Assembly (NCBI GenBank): GCA_964016885.1
Contig: OZ024747.1
Span: forward strand, 63,054,001 to 63,118,000
Source: Eledone cirrhosa
Taxonomy: Eukaryota
Direction of reading: 5' to 3'
DNA: 64,000 nt
Within the stretch, counting starts at the first letter, position 1; every line of letters begins with the position of its first letter. A program made the translations under genes and the position numbers. The notes below the pieces were generated by a model, which saw nothing but the letters and a program-made list of their open reading frames with translations, was not told the origin of the DNA and did no database searches. This document shows positions 44,080 to 59,565 of the stretch, one piece after another.

Positions 44080-44898
44080 AACGAATGAATGAAACTAAGG
44101 AAAAATGTGGTTTCTAGTGATAAAGTTACCCTGGTTGTGTTAAAGCTTAACTATAGTTTATGTGTATATTTATTCTTAAGCATGGTTTCATTCTCTCTCA
44201 AGACACAAAATATACATTAAGAAAAATATCTATAGTGTTTAATTTTGTATGTTTTTGACACCCATCCTAGATATTCATTGTAGTCATTTAAAAGAGAAAA
44301 ATATTCATGAAATTCTGATTATGGAGTTATAAATGTTAATGGAACTAAACATTGCTGTTGGTGTTTTAGTTGTTGTTGTTATATTTGGTTTTAGATTTCT
44401 ATCATCTTCTAATTTTAGCAATTACTTTTATCATTATCTCTGCAAATCCCATTATTTATTGTTTTCTGGGCAAATCATTTTTACAAATATATTTCTTGCT
44501 TTCTTCACATTTATTATTTTGTCTTAAAATCTCTATAACAGTAATTACTCATTTATATCATCATCATTGTCGTCATCATGTATATGTTTTTCCTTGCCAA
44601 TATGGGTTGGGCATGTCCTAAACACATTCATGACAGCATTTCTAATAAAATACATTCTATTTTAATCAATTAATGAAGAATATTGACTTATATACTAAAA
44701 TGATCAATTGTTTCATTACTAAGATAGTAACGTGGTGTAAAATTCTTATTATATAATTATGTTGGAAGATTTTAATTTAGACTGGAAAACTTTAAAATGG
44801 GTGGTTTTATTTTATAGAAATAGAGCCAATTTTGGCCGGTTTGGTAAGTAAAGGGTTAAAGATCAAGATAGTATCTAATTTTAACCACTGTTCCATAT

Positions 44899-45198
44899 GT
44901 AAAGTTATGTTGGTACCACAACATCCAGCCCGAAACAAACGAGGTCGTGTAGGTGTCACGACAAAAAACACACAGTCCATGCTGTAATGTGGCCGTGTAG
45001 GTAACACGGTAAAAACCTCCCAGTTCCACACTGTAAATGTGGTTGGTGTTAGGAAGGGCATCCAGCCATAGAAAACCCGCCAGACAGTCCTATGCGAGCA
45101 AGACAACCACTCTTGCCTCAAGTGGGAAAACTCCCGCCCAAACCCATGCGAGCGTAGAATATGGACGTTAAACGATGATGATGATGATGATGATGATG
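44899..45198 (+). mobile_element. Short retroposon family E
   Basis: Inverted homologue of 556-863 with (ATG)n tail. Confidence 0.75.
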
Positions 45199-45539
45199 TT
45201 CTAGTAGATAAGTCACTCTCTTTTGTTCATATACATTCTATATTTGGCATGATTTCTACAGTTGAATGCACTTCCCAATACCAACACCTTACAGAGTGTA
45301 CTGGGTGCATTTTATTGTTGCACCAGCAATACTCTTTACAGAATCAATTCGGTGCATTTTATCATGAACCAGGACTGTAAAAATTTATCATATTCTTGGC
45401 TTGACTGAATATGAATGTATACATATGAAGTATATATACATATAGAAGTTAAGAGCCAAAACACTTGCTTGAGCAGGGTTTCTTCTCTCTAGATCTTCTA
45501 CTGTCCAGCTCTTCTGGCAGTTTCTGATCATATCATCTC

Positions 45540-45875
45540 ATCATCATCTCATTTTACGTCCACTTTTCCCTGCTTGCAAGGGTGGGACGGGAACTGATTC
45601 TGGCTTGATTTCTACAGCTGGATGCCCTTCCTAACACCAACCTCATTTACAGTGAGTGCTGGGTGCTTTTTTGCCGTGGCACCTCCACGACCACTTTTGC
45701 AGTGGAATGATAGGGACCCCAATCCCTATCATCTCATTTCTACAGCTGAGTAAACTGGAGCAATGTGAAATAAAGTGCCTTGCTCAAGGAAACAACACAT
45801 CACCCGGTCTGAGAATTGAACTCACAACCTTTTGATTGCAAGGCCAATGCTCTAACCACTAAGCCATGTGCCTCC
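45540..45875 (-). mobile_element. SINE family A, full length
   Basis: Near identical to 39228-39559. Confidence 0.9.
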
Positions 45876-46533
45876 ATATATATATATATATATATATATT
45901 GATCTTTAAGGGCATGTCCGACCCATATACACATACAAACATAAGGTCACTTCTCCAAATATAAAATGTCCATGGTAAATACAACATTCACATACACCTG
46001 CACATGTGATTTGATAACGTGTGTGTATATAAACAAATATACCATGTTTGCAGTAGTTATCACATTATAATATACATACACAAACACAAGGTCACTTCTC
46101 GACATATGCAACGCCCATACTAAATTTGTATACATTTGTATACACCTGAACATGTGTTAGTTTGTGTATTTAAACAAATATACCATGTTTTGCAGTAGCT
46201 ATCATTTAATAATACAACAGCTGTTGAACATGTGTATACATTGACAAATATAAACACATGTTAGATAAATCTGTATATTTAATGTTATATAAAGCAATTA
46301 TTGTATCTTTGGTTATGTTACTTCGTTGAAGGAGGTATACTATGAAATCATATATATATATATCATCATCATCATCATCATCGTTTAACGTCCATCTTTC
46401 ATGCTAACATGGGTTAGATGGTTTTGTTCCATTTGATGATGCGGGGGAATGTTTGGGAGACGATGTCTCGCTCGCACAGAAGCGTCTCTGGCAGGTTCTT
46501 TTACAGCTGGATGCCCTCCCTAACACCAACTAC

Positions 46534-46573
<40 letters not shown>

Positions 46574-46721
46574 TAACCAGTATATAATCAGTTGGAGATG
46601 ATTGCTTTGGACAGGACCTGCTGGAAGGAGTGTTTGAAGACTCTGCCCCCACAACCCTCTCAAGAATAACTAGGCAAAGAAGATACATATATGTAATATA
46701 TATATAATATCTACTGTATAC

Positions 46722-46929
46722 CAGGCATGTCAAACATGCGGCCCTTTACAAGTGCACCTATGGCCCACACAAAGGTTTTTACAGCGGGAGCATGTTTTAT
46801 CTTTGTAAAATTAGTTGTAATGTGTGCAATTATTGTTATTTGTGACCCTCAGATAACAGATGTGTGACCCTCAGATAACAGATATGTGACCCGTGGGACC
46901 CCTGGGGGACCCTCAGTTTGACATGCTTG
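46722..46929. mobile_element. hAT (Charlie-like) MITE
   Basis: TIR CAGGCATGTCAAAC / GTTTGACATGCTTG; 8-bp flanks ctgtatac / ttgtatgc. Confidence 0.75.
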
Positions 46930-46959
46930 TTGTATGCTATGCACTATGTTATAAATACC

Positions 46960-49900
46960 ATGTGACATACTACTATACACTGTTATATACTACATATAAT
47001 ACAACATACATACATATATTAATATATATACTCTCACATATACTACAGCATACTATGACATATACTACATATACTACAACATACATACATATATTAATAT
47101 ATATACTATAACATATACTACAGCATACTATGACTTATACTACATGTACTACATATACTACAACTTACAATATGTACTACATACTATGATATGTACTACA
47201 ACATGCTATGACATGTACTACATATATTACTCCATATTATGACATGTACCCCAACATATGACATATACTACATATAGTATAATGTGTACTACAGCATACT
47301 ACTATGTACTATGACTTGTACTACATATATTAATATATATTATAGCATACTATGACATATACTACATATATTAATGTGTACTACACCATACTACTATATA
47401 CTATAATATATACTACATATATATAATGTGTACTACAACATACTACTACATACTGTGTTATATAATACATATATATAATGTGTACTACAACATACTACTA
47501 CATACTATGACATATACTACATATACTATTGCATACTGTGTTATATACTACATATATAACAACATACATATTCATCTAAAGTGCCATATGTACACAACAC
47601 CATATTGTATACACACCATCAAATATACACAACACCATATATACACACCATCAAATATACACAACACCATATAAATACACCATCATATATACACAGCATC
47701 ATATATACACCATCATATATGCACATCATCATATATACACACCATCATATATACACATCATCGTATATACACCATCATATATATACACCACCATATATAC
47801 ACAACACCATATATATACATCATTATATATACACACCACCATATATACACACCATCATATATACACAACACCATATATATACACCATCATATATACACAA
47901 CACCATATATATACACCATCATATATACACACCATGAAATATACACACCATCAAATATACACACCATCATATATACACAACACCATATATACACAACACC
48001 ATATACACACAACACCATATATACACCATCATATATACACAACACCATATATACACAACACCATATACACACCATCATATATACACCATCATATATACAC
48101 AACACCATATATACACAACACCATATACACACAACACCATATACACACAACACCATATACACACAATCATATATACACACAATCATATATACACACCATC
48201 ATATATACACACCATCATATATACACCATCATATATACACAACACCATATATACACAACATCATATACACACCATCATATATACACACCATCATATATAC
48301 ACAACACCATATATACACACCACCATATATACACACCATCATATATACACACACCATCATATATACACACCATCATATATACACACCACCATATATACAC
48401 ACCACCATATATACACACCATCATATATATACACACCATCATATATACACACACCATCATATATACACACAATCATATATACACACCTTCATATATACAC
48501 ACCGTCATATATACACACCGTCATATATACACACCGTCATATATACACAACACCATATATACACACCACCATATATACACACCATCATATATACACACCA
48601 TCATAGACTACTATTCGATACATCTTATACTATGTCATACACTACATTACTCCATACCTAGACCATACACCACACCACATCACTCCATACACCACACCAC
48701 ATCACTCTATACACCACCCCACATACTATACAACACAACACCCCACATACTATACAACACACCACCCCACATACTATACAACACACCACCCCACATACTA
48801 TACAACACACCACCCCACATACTATACAATACGCCATACACCACATACTATACAACACACCACCCCACATACTATACAACACACCACCCCACATACTATA
48901 CAACACACCACCCCACATACTATACAATACACCATACACCACATACTATACAACACACCACCCCACATACTATACAATACACCACCCCATATACTATACA
49001 ACACACCACTGCACATACTATACAACACACCACTGCACATACTATACAACACACCATACACCACATACTATACACCACACCACCCCACATACTATACAAT
49101 ACACCACCCCACATACTATACAACACACCACCCACATACTATACAACACACCACCCCACATACTATACAACACACCACCCCACATACTATACAATACACC
49201 ACCCCACATACTATACAACACACCACCCACATACTATACAACAGACCACCCCACATACTATACAATACATCCACCCCACATACTATACAACACACCATAC
49301 ACCACACCATACAGCACATACTATACAACACACCACCCCACATACTATACAACACACCACCCCACATACTATACAACACACCACCCCACATACTATACAA
49401 CACACCATACACCACACCATACACCACATACTATACAACACACCACCCCACATACTATACAATACACCATACAGCACATACTATACAACACACCATACAC
49501 CACATACTATACAACACACCACCCCACATACTATACAACACACCATACACGACATACTATACAACACACCACCCCACATACTATACAACACGCCATACAC
49601 AACATACTATACAATACACCACCCTATATACTATACAACACACCTTACACAATATACTATACAATACACCCCCCCACATACTATACAATATACCACCCCA
49701 CATACTATACAATACACCACCCCACATACTATACAACACACCACCCCACATACTATACAACACACCACCCCACATACTATACAACACGGCATACACCACA
49801 TACTATACAACACACCATACACCACATACTATACAACACACCATACACCATACACTACATCACAATGCACTATACCACACCATGCCATACATCATATCAT

Positions 49901-50312
49901 ACTATGTACCACACTATATACTACACCCTTCACCAGACCATACACCACACCATACACCATACCACACACACCATACACCACACCATACACCACACCATAC
50001 ACCATACCACACACACCATACACCACACCATACACCACACCATACACCATACCACACACACCATAAGCCCCACCATACCATACACCATACCACACACGCC
50101 ACACCATAAACCCACCTGGTCAAATACCACACTGCAACATACACCACACTGCAACATATACCACACTGCAACATATACCACAACATACACCACATTGCAA
50201 CATATACCACAACATATACCACACCATACACCACACTGCAACATATACCACAACATACACCACACTGCAACATATACCACAACATATACCACACTGCGAC
50301 ATATACCACACC
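46960..50312. repeat. Composite C/A-rich satellite with successive unit types
   Basis: CATATACTA-like, then ~16-bp ATATATACACACCATC, then 24-bp CCCCACATACTATACAACACACCA, then 12/17-bp CATACACCACAC units. Confidence 0.95.
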
Positions 50313-51113
50313 ATAGACTATATCGTTGTTTCGTTATTGCAGTAAACAGACTGACATGTATTAATGTGTAAAGAATGTTTTTATGATCTCCTGTAAATCA
50401 CCAGAAGTGTGTTAACCCATTGGTAATCAATGAAGACTTAGACTCTGGCTATGTGATTGATTGGCTGTTATGTGTCCATCAATGACTTCTGACACTGATA
50501 TTGACACAGAAATAACAGTCATATGTAAGACCAATGTTATATGAAGCTTATTTCTCATTCTTTGAAAATCTTGGAGTAGAGTCATTGTTGCAGAGTTTCC
50601 ATGGGAAAATTTATTTAAATAAAAAGTTTCTTAGTTATGGAAAAGGTATGAGAAGCATTGCTCTGGTTTGTAGTAAACTCTATTCCATGCATTCAAAACG
50701 AAATTCAGATTTGTTGTAGTGAAGTTAAACAGTGTTCTTCACTATCTGTCCCAAATTCTAAGGCTCATCTGACCGAAGCTAATCTCGGTTTCACTGGAAT
50801 TAACTGAAATTAGAAGTGAAGTGATGTGTTTTGCCCAAGAACACAATGTTCCATGCTGCATCTACACACACACAGATACACACAACAGTATGGCAGGGAA
50901 TCAGTAGATCATCAGACACTCTACTTTGTAGCATAGAGTTATACCCCTTTATGTTTTGAGTTCAAATCTCGCCGAGGTTAGCTTTGCCCTTCATCCTTAT
51001 GGGTTCAATAAAATAAAGCACCAGTAATGCATTGGCGTTGATTTAATCGACTTCGCTTCCCCTAAACTTGTTGATCTTGTGCCTAAATCAGAAATCATTA
51101 TTACAATTCATTA

Positions 51114-51294
51114 GGGCGGTGGATTGGCAGTATCAGTAGAGGGTCGGACGCCATGCTTTCCAGCATAGTTACGTCCCTTTACGATCTGAGTTCAAATCCC
51201 GCCGAGGTTGACTTTGCCTTTCATCCTTACGGGGACGATAAAATAAATGCACTGGGTAATTGCTGGCCTTGTGCCTAAAGTAGAGACAATTATT
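51114..51294 (+). mobile_element. SINE family B (tRNA-like head, gcctttcatccttacggggtcgataaaat central domain, Meta-domain-like)
   Basis: B box gttcaaatc; ~15-bp TSD ttacaattcattagg; inserted at the tail of an older B copy (50889-51100). Confidence 0.85.
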
Positions 51295-51467
51295 ACAATT
51301 CATTAGGAAATATCTAAGATTATAAGTATTTCTGCTAATGGGTCTAATCAGAGAAGCTGATCAATCAGATTATATCTAAACTGCTATTTAAGCCATTCTC
51401 AATCATAAAATCATTATTAGGTTTTCATTATACTTGGAGTTTTAATAAAAATTCCTTGGGTTAGTTA

Positions 51468-51686
51468 ACCCTTTAGTATTTAAACCAGCTGTATCCGACC
51501 AGAATTCTCTCATTTCTTTCTGTTCAAACCAGCTGTAACTGGCCACTCATACTGATGTTAAGGTATTATTTTCAAAATAAATATCAAAATCTCATAGATT
51601 CAATATTATGTGAGATAATTATGTGAGGTAAAGCCTTTACCACTAAAATACAATAGTAAATATAGAGTAATGCAAAAGATAAAGGT
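51468..51686 (-). mobile_element. MITE family C, inverted
   Basis: Reverse-complement body, TTAA flanks. Confidence 0.85.
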
Positions 51687-53166
51687 TTAACCTTTTTCAG
51701 ACCAAATTGACTAATTTTTTTTACATTTGTAAAAGGCCAAGCAAGGAACTTATAGGGGAGGGTGCAGTCTATTGAATCTATCCCAAAATGCTTGGACACT
51801 TATTTTGTTGACTCCCCCATCCCCCAGAAGGATAAAAGACAAAGTAACTCTGGCAAAGCCTGATGTATAAAACCAAATATTGTTAGAATTTTCGTCCAAC
51901 ACTGTATTTTTTCTTGTGCTCTACTGCAATTGGGAAAGCATGTACTAATAGTAAATAAGTTAGATAAAGTTTGCTCTAAGGAAACCTTTGCTTTCTTCAC
52001 AAAATTATTTAAATCTAAATAAACTGACATGAACTTGCCAATGGTAACTCTACTTGGCAAATGAAAGTGAGAAAATTGATAGTGAATAAACTTTCATTGT
52101 AAATCACAACTATTGTTTAAAATTTGGCAAATAGTAGTAAAGAATGACTTTATACCAAAGGCTTTGCTACTCTCTAACTAATTAATATAACATCATCATC
52201 ATCTTCATTTTCATTTCTTCATGCTTACATGGGCTAGCTGAGATCTTTTTGATGCAATCTTCTACTACCAGCTGCTTTTCCTGATATTAACTGATATTTT
52301 AAGATCAAACTGTTACACTACATGACATAATATCACTATCAAGTGGGATCAAGTGTAAAGTGAAGATGCTATCCTGGTTCAATTCTGCTGGCATCTTGGG
52401 CAAGTCTTTTTACCATAATTCAAGGCCAAGCCAAGCCTTCTGGGTGAAATTGGGTAGATGGAAACTGTGTAAAGGTGTATTCGGTGGATTCTACCTGTAA
52501 TTCAAAGTTCCTGTTTTGTCACATATTGTGTCATGTTGACATGGCTGGTCAATTACATTAACACTTTTGGTAACAAGATGCCAGAAACTGACCCTGGTTC
52601 TATGAAACAAATTTGGTCTAAATTGTTTAGATTTATCTAAAAAGCTTTCTATCATATTTTTATGTAATAAACTTTAAGTTATATGCTAAACACCATCTTA
52701 ACCATTTACATTACTCTATATTTACTACTGTATGTTCATAGTAAACACTTTATTTTACAAAGTTATCTCACATAATATTGAATCAACAAGATTTTGATAT
52801 TATTTATTTTGAGAACAATACCTTAACATACGTATGAGCAGCTGGCTATAGCCAGTTTGAACAGAAATAGCTTAGAGAATTTTGACCAGATACAGCTGGT
52901 TTAAATGCTAAAGGGCAAATAAGAGAAAGTAAGTTATATTACTAAATCCTTCAAATTCTTCATTATCTTCAAAATTATTTATTCTTTCAATAGATATATA
53001 ATAATGTAAAGGTTATGGGTATATGAGTTTCTGGAATACTCAACCACTTGCATGTTAATTCACAAGTTGGATATTTAGTTGATTAAACAACTGAATATTC
53101 ATCGTTGAAACTGATGGAGGATCCATGATCACATACATTTACAATGAATGGATTTCTGTAAATACT

Positions 53167-53357
53167 AATAATAATTGTTTCTACCTTTGGCACAATGCCA
53201 GCAATTAACCAGTACATTACTGGTACTTTATTTTATCGACCCCGTAAGGATGAAAGGCAAAGTTAACATCGACGGGATTTGAACTCAAACTGTAAAGGGA
53301 CGTAACTATGCTAGAAAGCATGGCATCCAACTCTCTACCGATACTGCCAATTCACCA
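53167..53357 (-). mobile_element. SINE family B
   Basis: Reverse-complement copy; a partial copy is at 14455-14565 (-). Confidence 0.85.
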
Positions 53358-54892
53358 ATAATGAAAATTATTGTGTACAGTGCTCAGGTGCACTACAACT
53401 CATCAAAGGTGCATGTATAATATATAGAGTAATATACAAATGTCAGGAAAGTGAACAGTGTATGAGTCATGATATACATATTGATACACACACACACATG
53501 CGTGCGTCTGTATAGAGGGGGAATATCAGGTGCAGTGTTGGCGAATTTCAGGAAACATGGAAGGTTTGAAGGATGCAGTATCTCGATAGCTAATAACTGA
53601 TGTAGAATTATGTTATCAACTAAACCCAAAGCAAACATATGCTTCTACTTTCTTGTGACTGTATCTCTGCCTACATCAGGTTATATTCGTTGACTGGCAT
53701 CAATATATAGGATTGATTGCTGTTAGCTATTTATTGAACTTGCCAATACCTTCAACTTATTCTACACAAACTAATCTTTGCAAAAATAGAATACAGTGTT
53801 TTTTTTTCCTTGCTTTTATTTTGTTATTCATTATATTTTCTTTGACAGGAAGTCTATGTTTCTGTAAGAGGTTATCTAGGTGCAATCTATAAGTTCTGAT
53901 TGGTTCTTTGAATTATACATATGGTTAATCTTCACTGTTATACACACTGAATACATACAAGTGACAGACTGTAAAGAGCTAAAATGTATAAGGAGATGAT
54001 GAGATAAAATATTAGAAGGGGATGTCAAGTTACTCTTGAGTGTTACTGTCACAGGGTCAGGTCATCAGCAACTAAACTGGTAACCCTTCCAAACTTGAAT
54101 TTTGGTTACCCTGCAGCATGAGAAAGAAATCCTGCCAAAGGGCAGAATAACTCGGGAGAATCAACATCCATCAAATACTGTGTACAAAACTAAAATGGGT
54201 AGGCATAACTTGTTAGCCTTGGCTGGCCATTTGTCTAGGAGTAGGATCAATTTGATTTAAAAATTAGGGTAAATGGGATTCCTTAGTCACCATGGGGACA
54301 AACATCCAATGGCTTCATACATGTGATGAAGGCAGATGAGCTGTGGCTCAGTAACCAGCTACTGAGTAATGGTTGGATGAGGATTTGGAACCCACAGACA
54401 TCACTTTTTTCTTATGTGAATGATGGACATACAGCATCTTAGAGATGAGCATTGGTGCAATTGTCCCAGCCCTCAGCAAAGAGGGTGGAAAGACACCAAA
54501 CCAAAAACCTGATCTAATTTAGAAAAGGTACACTGTATCATCTGTTGTAATAAGTATCTGAAAAGGTTGGTCTCAGGAAGGGCATACAGCTGTAAAACAT
54601 TGCCTCTAAAAGTTCCCTCCATTCAATGCCAGCATGGAATTATAGAAATTTAAATAATGATGAGAGATGTTAGTTTGTAAGTGATAAATATGTAATGGCA
54701 AATCGTTTGAGTGTGTGTGTGTGTGTGTGTGTGTGTGTATTTATATATAAACATGTTTATGCATGTATTTTAAACCTTTTTGATACTAAAGCAACACAAA
54801 TCACCTTTGGTTCAATAATATAGAATTATTAGATTCCAAAGTATGTTTGTCAAAATCTTTTCATCATAAATATATATAAAAACCTGTGTTAA

Positions 54893-55113
54893 CCCTTTAG
54901 CATTTACATTACTCTATATTTACTTTTGTATTTTCATGGTAAAGACTTTATTTCACATAATTATTTCACATAATATCGAAGCTATGAGATTTTGATGTTA
55001 TTTATTTTTAGGACAATACCCTAACATAAGTATGAGCAGCTGGTTACAGCCGGTTTGAATAGAAAGAGGTGAGAGAATTCTGGCCAGATATGGCCAGTTT
55101 AAATGCTAAAGGG
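54893..55113 (+). mobile_element. MITE family C nested in MITE family D
   Basis: Perfect TIRs and TTAA TSD; host D sequence continues on both sides (54775-55255); similar nesting at 52702-52915. Confidence 0.85.
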
Positions 55114-55341
55114 TTAAGGTATGCTCCAAACACTAGCTTAATAATGAGAAGATTAATCATTATACTAAATTATTTCAAATACTTGGTTATTTTTCAAAAT
55201 TATTTGAAAATCATAGGCAATGTCTTTCATTAGAAATATGGTAATAAAAAGCTTAGAATGACTGAATTTATAATATACATGGTTAATAGATGAGTGTTTA
55301 AAACCTATTTTAACTAAGACTTATTGTATGTGACACTATAA

Positions 55342-55504
55342 CAGTCATGTGAAAACTGCAGCCCACCTGCTTCATGCAGCCTGTTTGGCTTTCTGAATGG
55401 GACGCTTAATTACAAAATAGCCTTGAACTTTTAGTAGTGTGGCCTGCCTTATGATGAGCCACATCCTCTGTGGCTCACTGCCTGAAAAAGGTTGCCCATG
55501 CTTG
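55342..55504. mobile_element. Decayed hAT MITE
   Basis: Degenerate TIRs; 8-bp flanks cactataa / cactaaaa. Confidence 0.6.
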
Positions 55505-56494
55505 CACTAAAATGTCATGTCAAAATCTGCATCTCCTGTACACATAAGACATGAGTATAACATTTCTTTCTAACATTGTCACAATGCCAATATATATAGA
55601 ATGTATGGGCAAGACAGGGTTTTGAAACAGCTTTTGTTTCAGGTTGTTACAGCTTGTCAAACCCATGCTAGCATGGAAAACAGATATAAAGTGATAATGT
55701 TGGTGTCAGTTTTGTCTTTTGTCCGTCTTGGGTTGATTTCATTTACTAAATCCTTCCCTGCAAAAAGAATAAATAGTATGTGGCCTTGTGCCAATGACAG
55801 AACCAGTATTGCTGAATTTATATTTAATGTGTATTAGTGTGTATTGTTCTTTGAAATGTATTGTTTTAGAAACTGAGTTTGTAATGTTATTTTCATTTGT
55901 ATTTGTATAAAATATATAAATACAAGAATTGACTGTAAAGCTACAAGCTTTGCTTCATTGATTAAAAAGATATAATCAATAAGCTAGACATTTTTAGTTG
56001 TGTATGTGTTGTTTCGTTTAAACCAGCTTTGATCTAGTAGAATATGACATGAAAGTGACAAAGTATGAGCAGTGACCCAGAGAACTAAAATACCTGATTT
56101 ACTAGTGATTTAGTTGTATAAACAATAACCTACTTCTTGTATTTGTAACATTTAGAACTTGGAACATGATGGAGATCATTATCATCATCATCACTATTTT
56201 ACATCCATTTGTCCACGCTAACATGGGTTAGATGAGTTGTCCTGTTGTGGGCAATGCCAGGTCAGGTGACCATGTCTTGCTCATACAGAACTGATTTTGG
56301 CTTGATTTCTACACTTGGATGTCCTTCCGAACACCAACCTCATTTACAGTGTGTAATGTGTGCTTTTTATTGTGGCGCCTACACAACCACTTTACAGTGT
56401 GGACTGGGTGCTTTTTTATCATGACACCTACACGACCACTTTACAGTAGGAGGGGGGTGGGGATATACTGTCTATATGCTTCAACTTCGGCTTG

Positions 56495-56750
56495 TATCCG
56501 TGGGAAGTCAGATCTTCTGTATTACTGTGTGATGCCAAAGATCTCGGTCCTGTGTCATTGCCTTTGAGAGCTTTTATCACCTCATCTCAGGTCTTCTTGG
56601 GTCTCCCCACTTTAAGGTTTCCATCGACTTTTAGCACCCTGCACATTTTTATGCAACTGTCATCCTTCATACACATCACATGTCCATACCAATGCAATCT
56701 CCTCTCACCATTTGCACTCACCATTTGATTCCTCTTATGCCTAGTCTCTC
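56495..56750 (-). mobile_element. RTE LINE 3' fragment
   Basis: ERRLHWYGHVMCMKDDSCIKMC..VGRPKKT. Confidence 0.75.
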
Positions 56751-57114
56751 TCACAAAAAAAAAAAAAAAATACATAAAAAAAATTTGATGGGATAGATAA
56801 AATCTTCTTCACAAAAATAAATTATCCAAACAAAAGATTCTCTGTTAATCTCAGTAATACTTATATTCCAAAGATTAAGCTTTGGTAACCTCTTCCACTA
56901 TTATTGGCACTACTGACCTATCTGATTACATTATTGCTCATAATTGTATTGTGTATAAGGAAATATATATTTTATCAAATATATCAAATTTCAGTGTTGT
57001 CGTCATCATCAACAGTGTTACCATTTCCACTCTTATCACTGCAATTATCATCATCATCATTGTTATTGCTGTTGTTGTCATAATTGTTGATGTCATTATT
57101 GTCATCATTATTAT

Positions 57115-57300
57115 TTGGCAGTATCGGTAGAGGGTCGGACACCATGCTTTCCAGCATAGTTACGTCCCTTTACAATCTGAGTTCAAATCCCGCCGAGGTT
57201 GATTTTGCCTTTCATCCTTACGGGGTCGATAAAATAAAGTACCAGTAATGCACTGGGTAATTGCTGGCCTTGTGCCTAAAGTAGAAACAATTATTATTAT
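57115..57300 (+). mobile_element. SINE family B
   Basis: Near-consensus copy; another at 63471-63650. Confidence 0.85.
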
Positions 57301-57311
57301 CATCATAGTAT

Positions 57312-57656
57312 GGAGGCACATGGCTTAGTGGTTAGAGCATTGGCCTTGCAATCGAAAGGTTGTGAGTTCAATTCTCAGACCAGGTGATGTGTTGTTTCCT
57401 TGAGCAAGACACTTTATTTCACATTGCTCCAGTTTATTCAGCTGTAGAAATGAGATGATAGGGACTGGGGTCCCTATCATTCCACTGCAAAGTGGTCGTG
57501 TAGGTGCCACGGCAAAAAAGCACCCAGCACTCACTGTAAATGAGGTTGGTGTTAGGAAGGGCATCCAGCTGTAGAAATCAAGCTAGAATCAGTTCCCGTC
57601 CCACCCTTGCAAGCAGGGAAAAGCGGACATAAAATGATGATGATGATGATGATGAT
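57312..57656 (+). mobile_element. SINE family A, full length
   Basis: Same head, core and (ATG)n tail; directly follows a family B copy. Confidence 0.9.
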
Positions 57657-58009
57657 AGTTGATATCATCATTGTTATCATTGTCATCATCTGTTTTTCTA
57701 TGCTTGATTATATTAGGCAGGTGCTCTACAAAACATCACTTTGCCATTTGGTGCATTCTTTTGTCACAATGAAATCAACTTCCTCCACTTCTGCCCATGT
57801 TTTTATTAACGTAAATCCAGCAATTAAACAAAGAAGAGCCTAATTATCAAGTTATCTGCTAAAGTAGTTTGCTCCTAAGTAAATTTGGAAAAGATCTGTT
57901 TCTATGACAATATCATTCAATCAATTTCAGATATTCAAAACGAAAGAACTTATTGAAAAACTATCTTTGTGAAATTATGTACTATTTGCTTCTCACATCT
58001 CCATATTAC

Positions 58010-58350
58010 ATACACTTATAATGCACCATATATTGAAAATTGAGGATTTATAGGTTCAATAGATAAGTAGCTCTTCCATTTGCAATGTACTATATATTTT
58101 TAATAGAGGTTCTGTAGGTCCAGTACATAAGTCACACCTCCATTTTACATACAACACTTACAGTGTACCATTTATTTTAAATTAAGTTGTTGTAGGTCCA
58201 GTGGATAGGTCACACCTCCATTTTACATGCAAAATTTACAATGTACCATATATTCTATACTGAGGCTTTGTATGTCCAGTCGATATGTTACACCCACAAT
58301 TCAAGTCATATTTTCATGGGAAAAAATGTCATATACATGCATTTTTACCT
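58010..58350. repeat. ~75-bp degenerate tandem unit, dispersed family
   Basis: acaatgtaccatatatttt..gagg..gtccagtagataagtcacacctccattttac; also at ~17145-17260 and ~43615-43790. Confidence 0.7.
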
Positions 58351-59375
58351 TGAAAATAAGGGAAAAGAAATCATAGACGTTTGTTTACTTACTTTAAAAG
58401 GCCAAAAAAGAAGAAAAAATTGAATTGAATTCCTTGAGTAACTTCAATTTCATGGCATTTTATAATACTTCTAATTTTAATTTGTTCAATTGTATCTAGT
58501 ATTTTCTATAGAGTTGTAATAAAGTTAAGAATTTATTTTGTGGGAAACAAAAACTGACATTAACCCTTTTGTACACAGTATAGCACAATCACTAGGATTA
58601 AAACAGTTTTAAAAATAAAATTTAGTTATTTTGTATGAGTAAACTTTAGCAATGAAATATCCCTTACTTTGTCTATTATAATAATTACCTTTATAAATTA
58701 TACAGCTTAGTTGTATCTCTAGATCTATATTTCTGAGTTGTTAACATTGAATTCAATTTTATGTTATTGTAAAAGCCTGAAAATAATAATGAATGGTATA
58801 TTGTGAAGCCTAGCTTCATAACAGTACACTTCAAACAATAATGATATCATACATTAATATGCTTCAAAAACTATATGTAAAACCAGCTCATTGTATTCTG
58901 TTAACAAGATAAATATTGGTATAGAAACACACTTGAAATATATGACAAAAAAAATGAAACATAATCATTTCTATGCTATCGGAATACAATCTGATTATTT
59001 ATCTAAATTTCTAAAACGTGATTCTTTAACCCTTTCATAACCATATCTGTAATAGAATGTCTTCTATCTTGATTAATTAATAAAGAATTTTGAGGGATTT
59101 ACTAAAATTATCAATTATTCCCTTACTATCAAACAAAAGGTCTTTGTTTGAAATTATGTTGGGAGATTTTAATTTAAATTGGAACCTTTTAAAAAGGGTG
59201 GTTGTGTTTCATAGAAACAGGGCAGTTTTGGCTAGGTTGATATCAAAGGGAATTAATACATTCCTCAAAGTCAAAGGTTCTTGGTTAACAATTCAGGAGT
59301 GTATTGAGATTCAATGTTGTATTTATTGATACTTAACTAGGAAATGAGGTGAACTAATAAAATGACTTACTTTAA

Positions 59376-59565
59376 CCCTTTAGTATTTACATTACTCTAT
59401 ATTTACTATTGTATTTTCGTGGTAAAGGCTTTATCTTACATAATTATCTAACATAATATCGAATCTCAGAGATTTTGATGTAATATATTTTGAGAACAAT
59501 ACCTTAACGTAAGTAGAAGCAGCCAGTTATGGCTGGTTTGAGCAGAAAGTTTAAATGCTAAAGGG
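59376..59565 (+). mobile_element. MITE family C with small internal deletion
   Basis: TIRs and TTAA flanks. Confidence 0.85.

Noticed and set aside
47934-50066. 710-aa His/Thr/Pro/Tyr-rich ORF
   Set aside because: Entirely satellite; the G-poor strand rarely forms stops; no splice signals or domain
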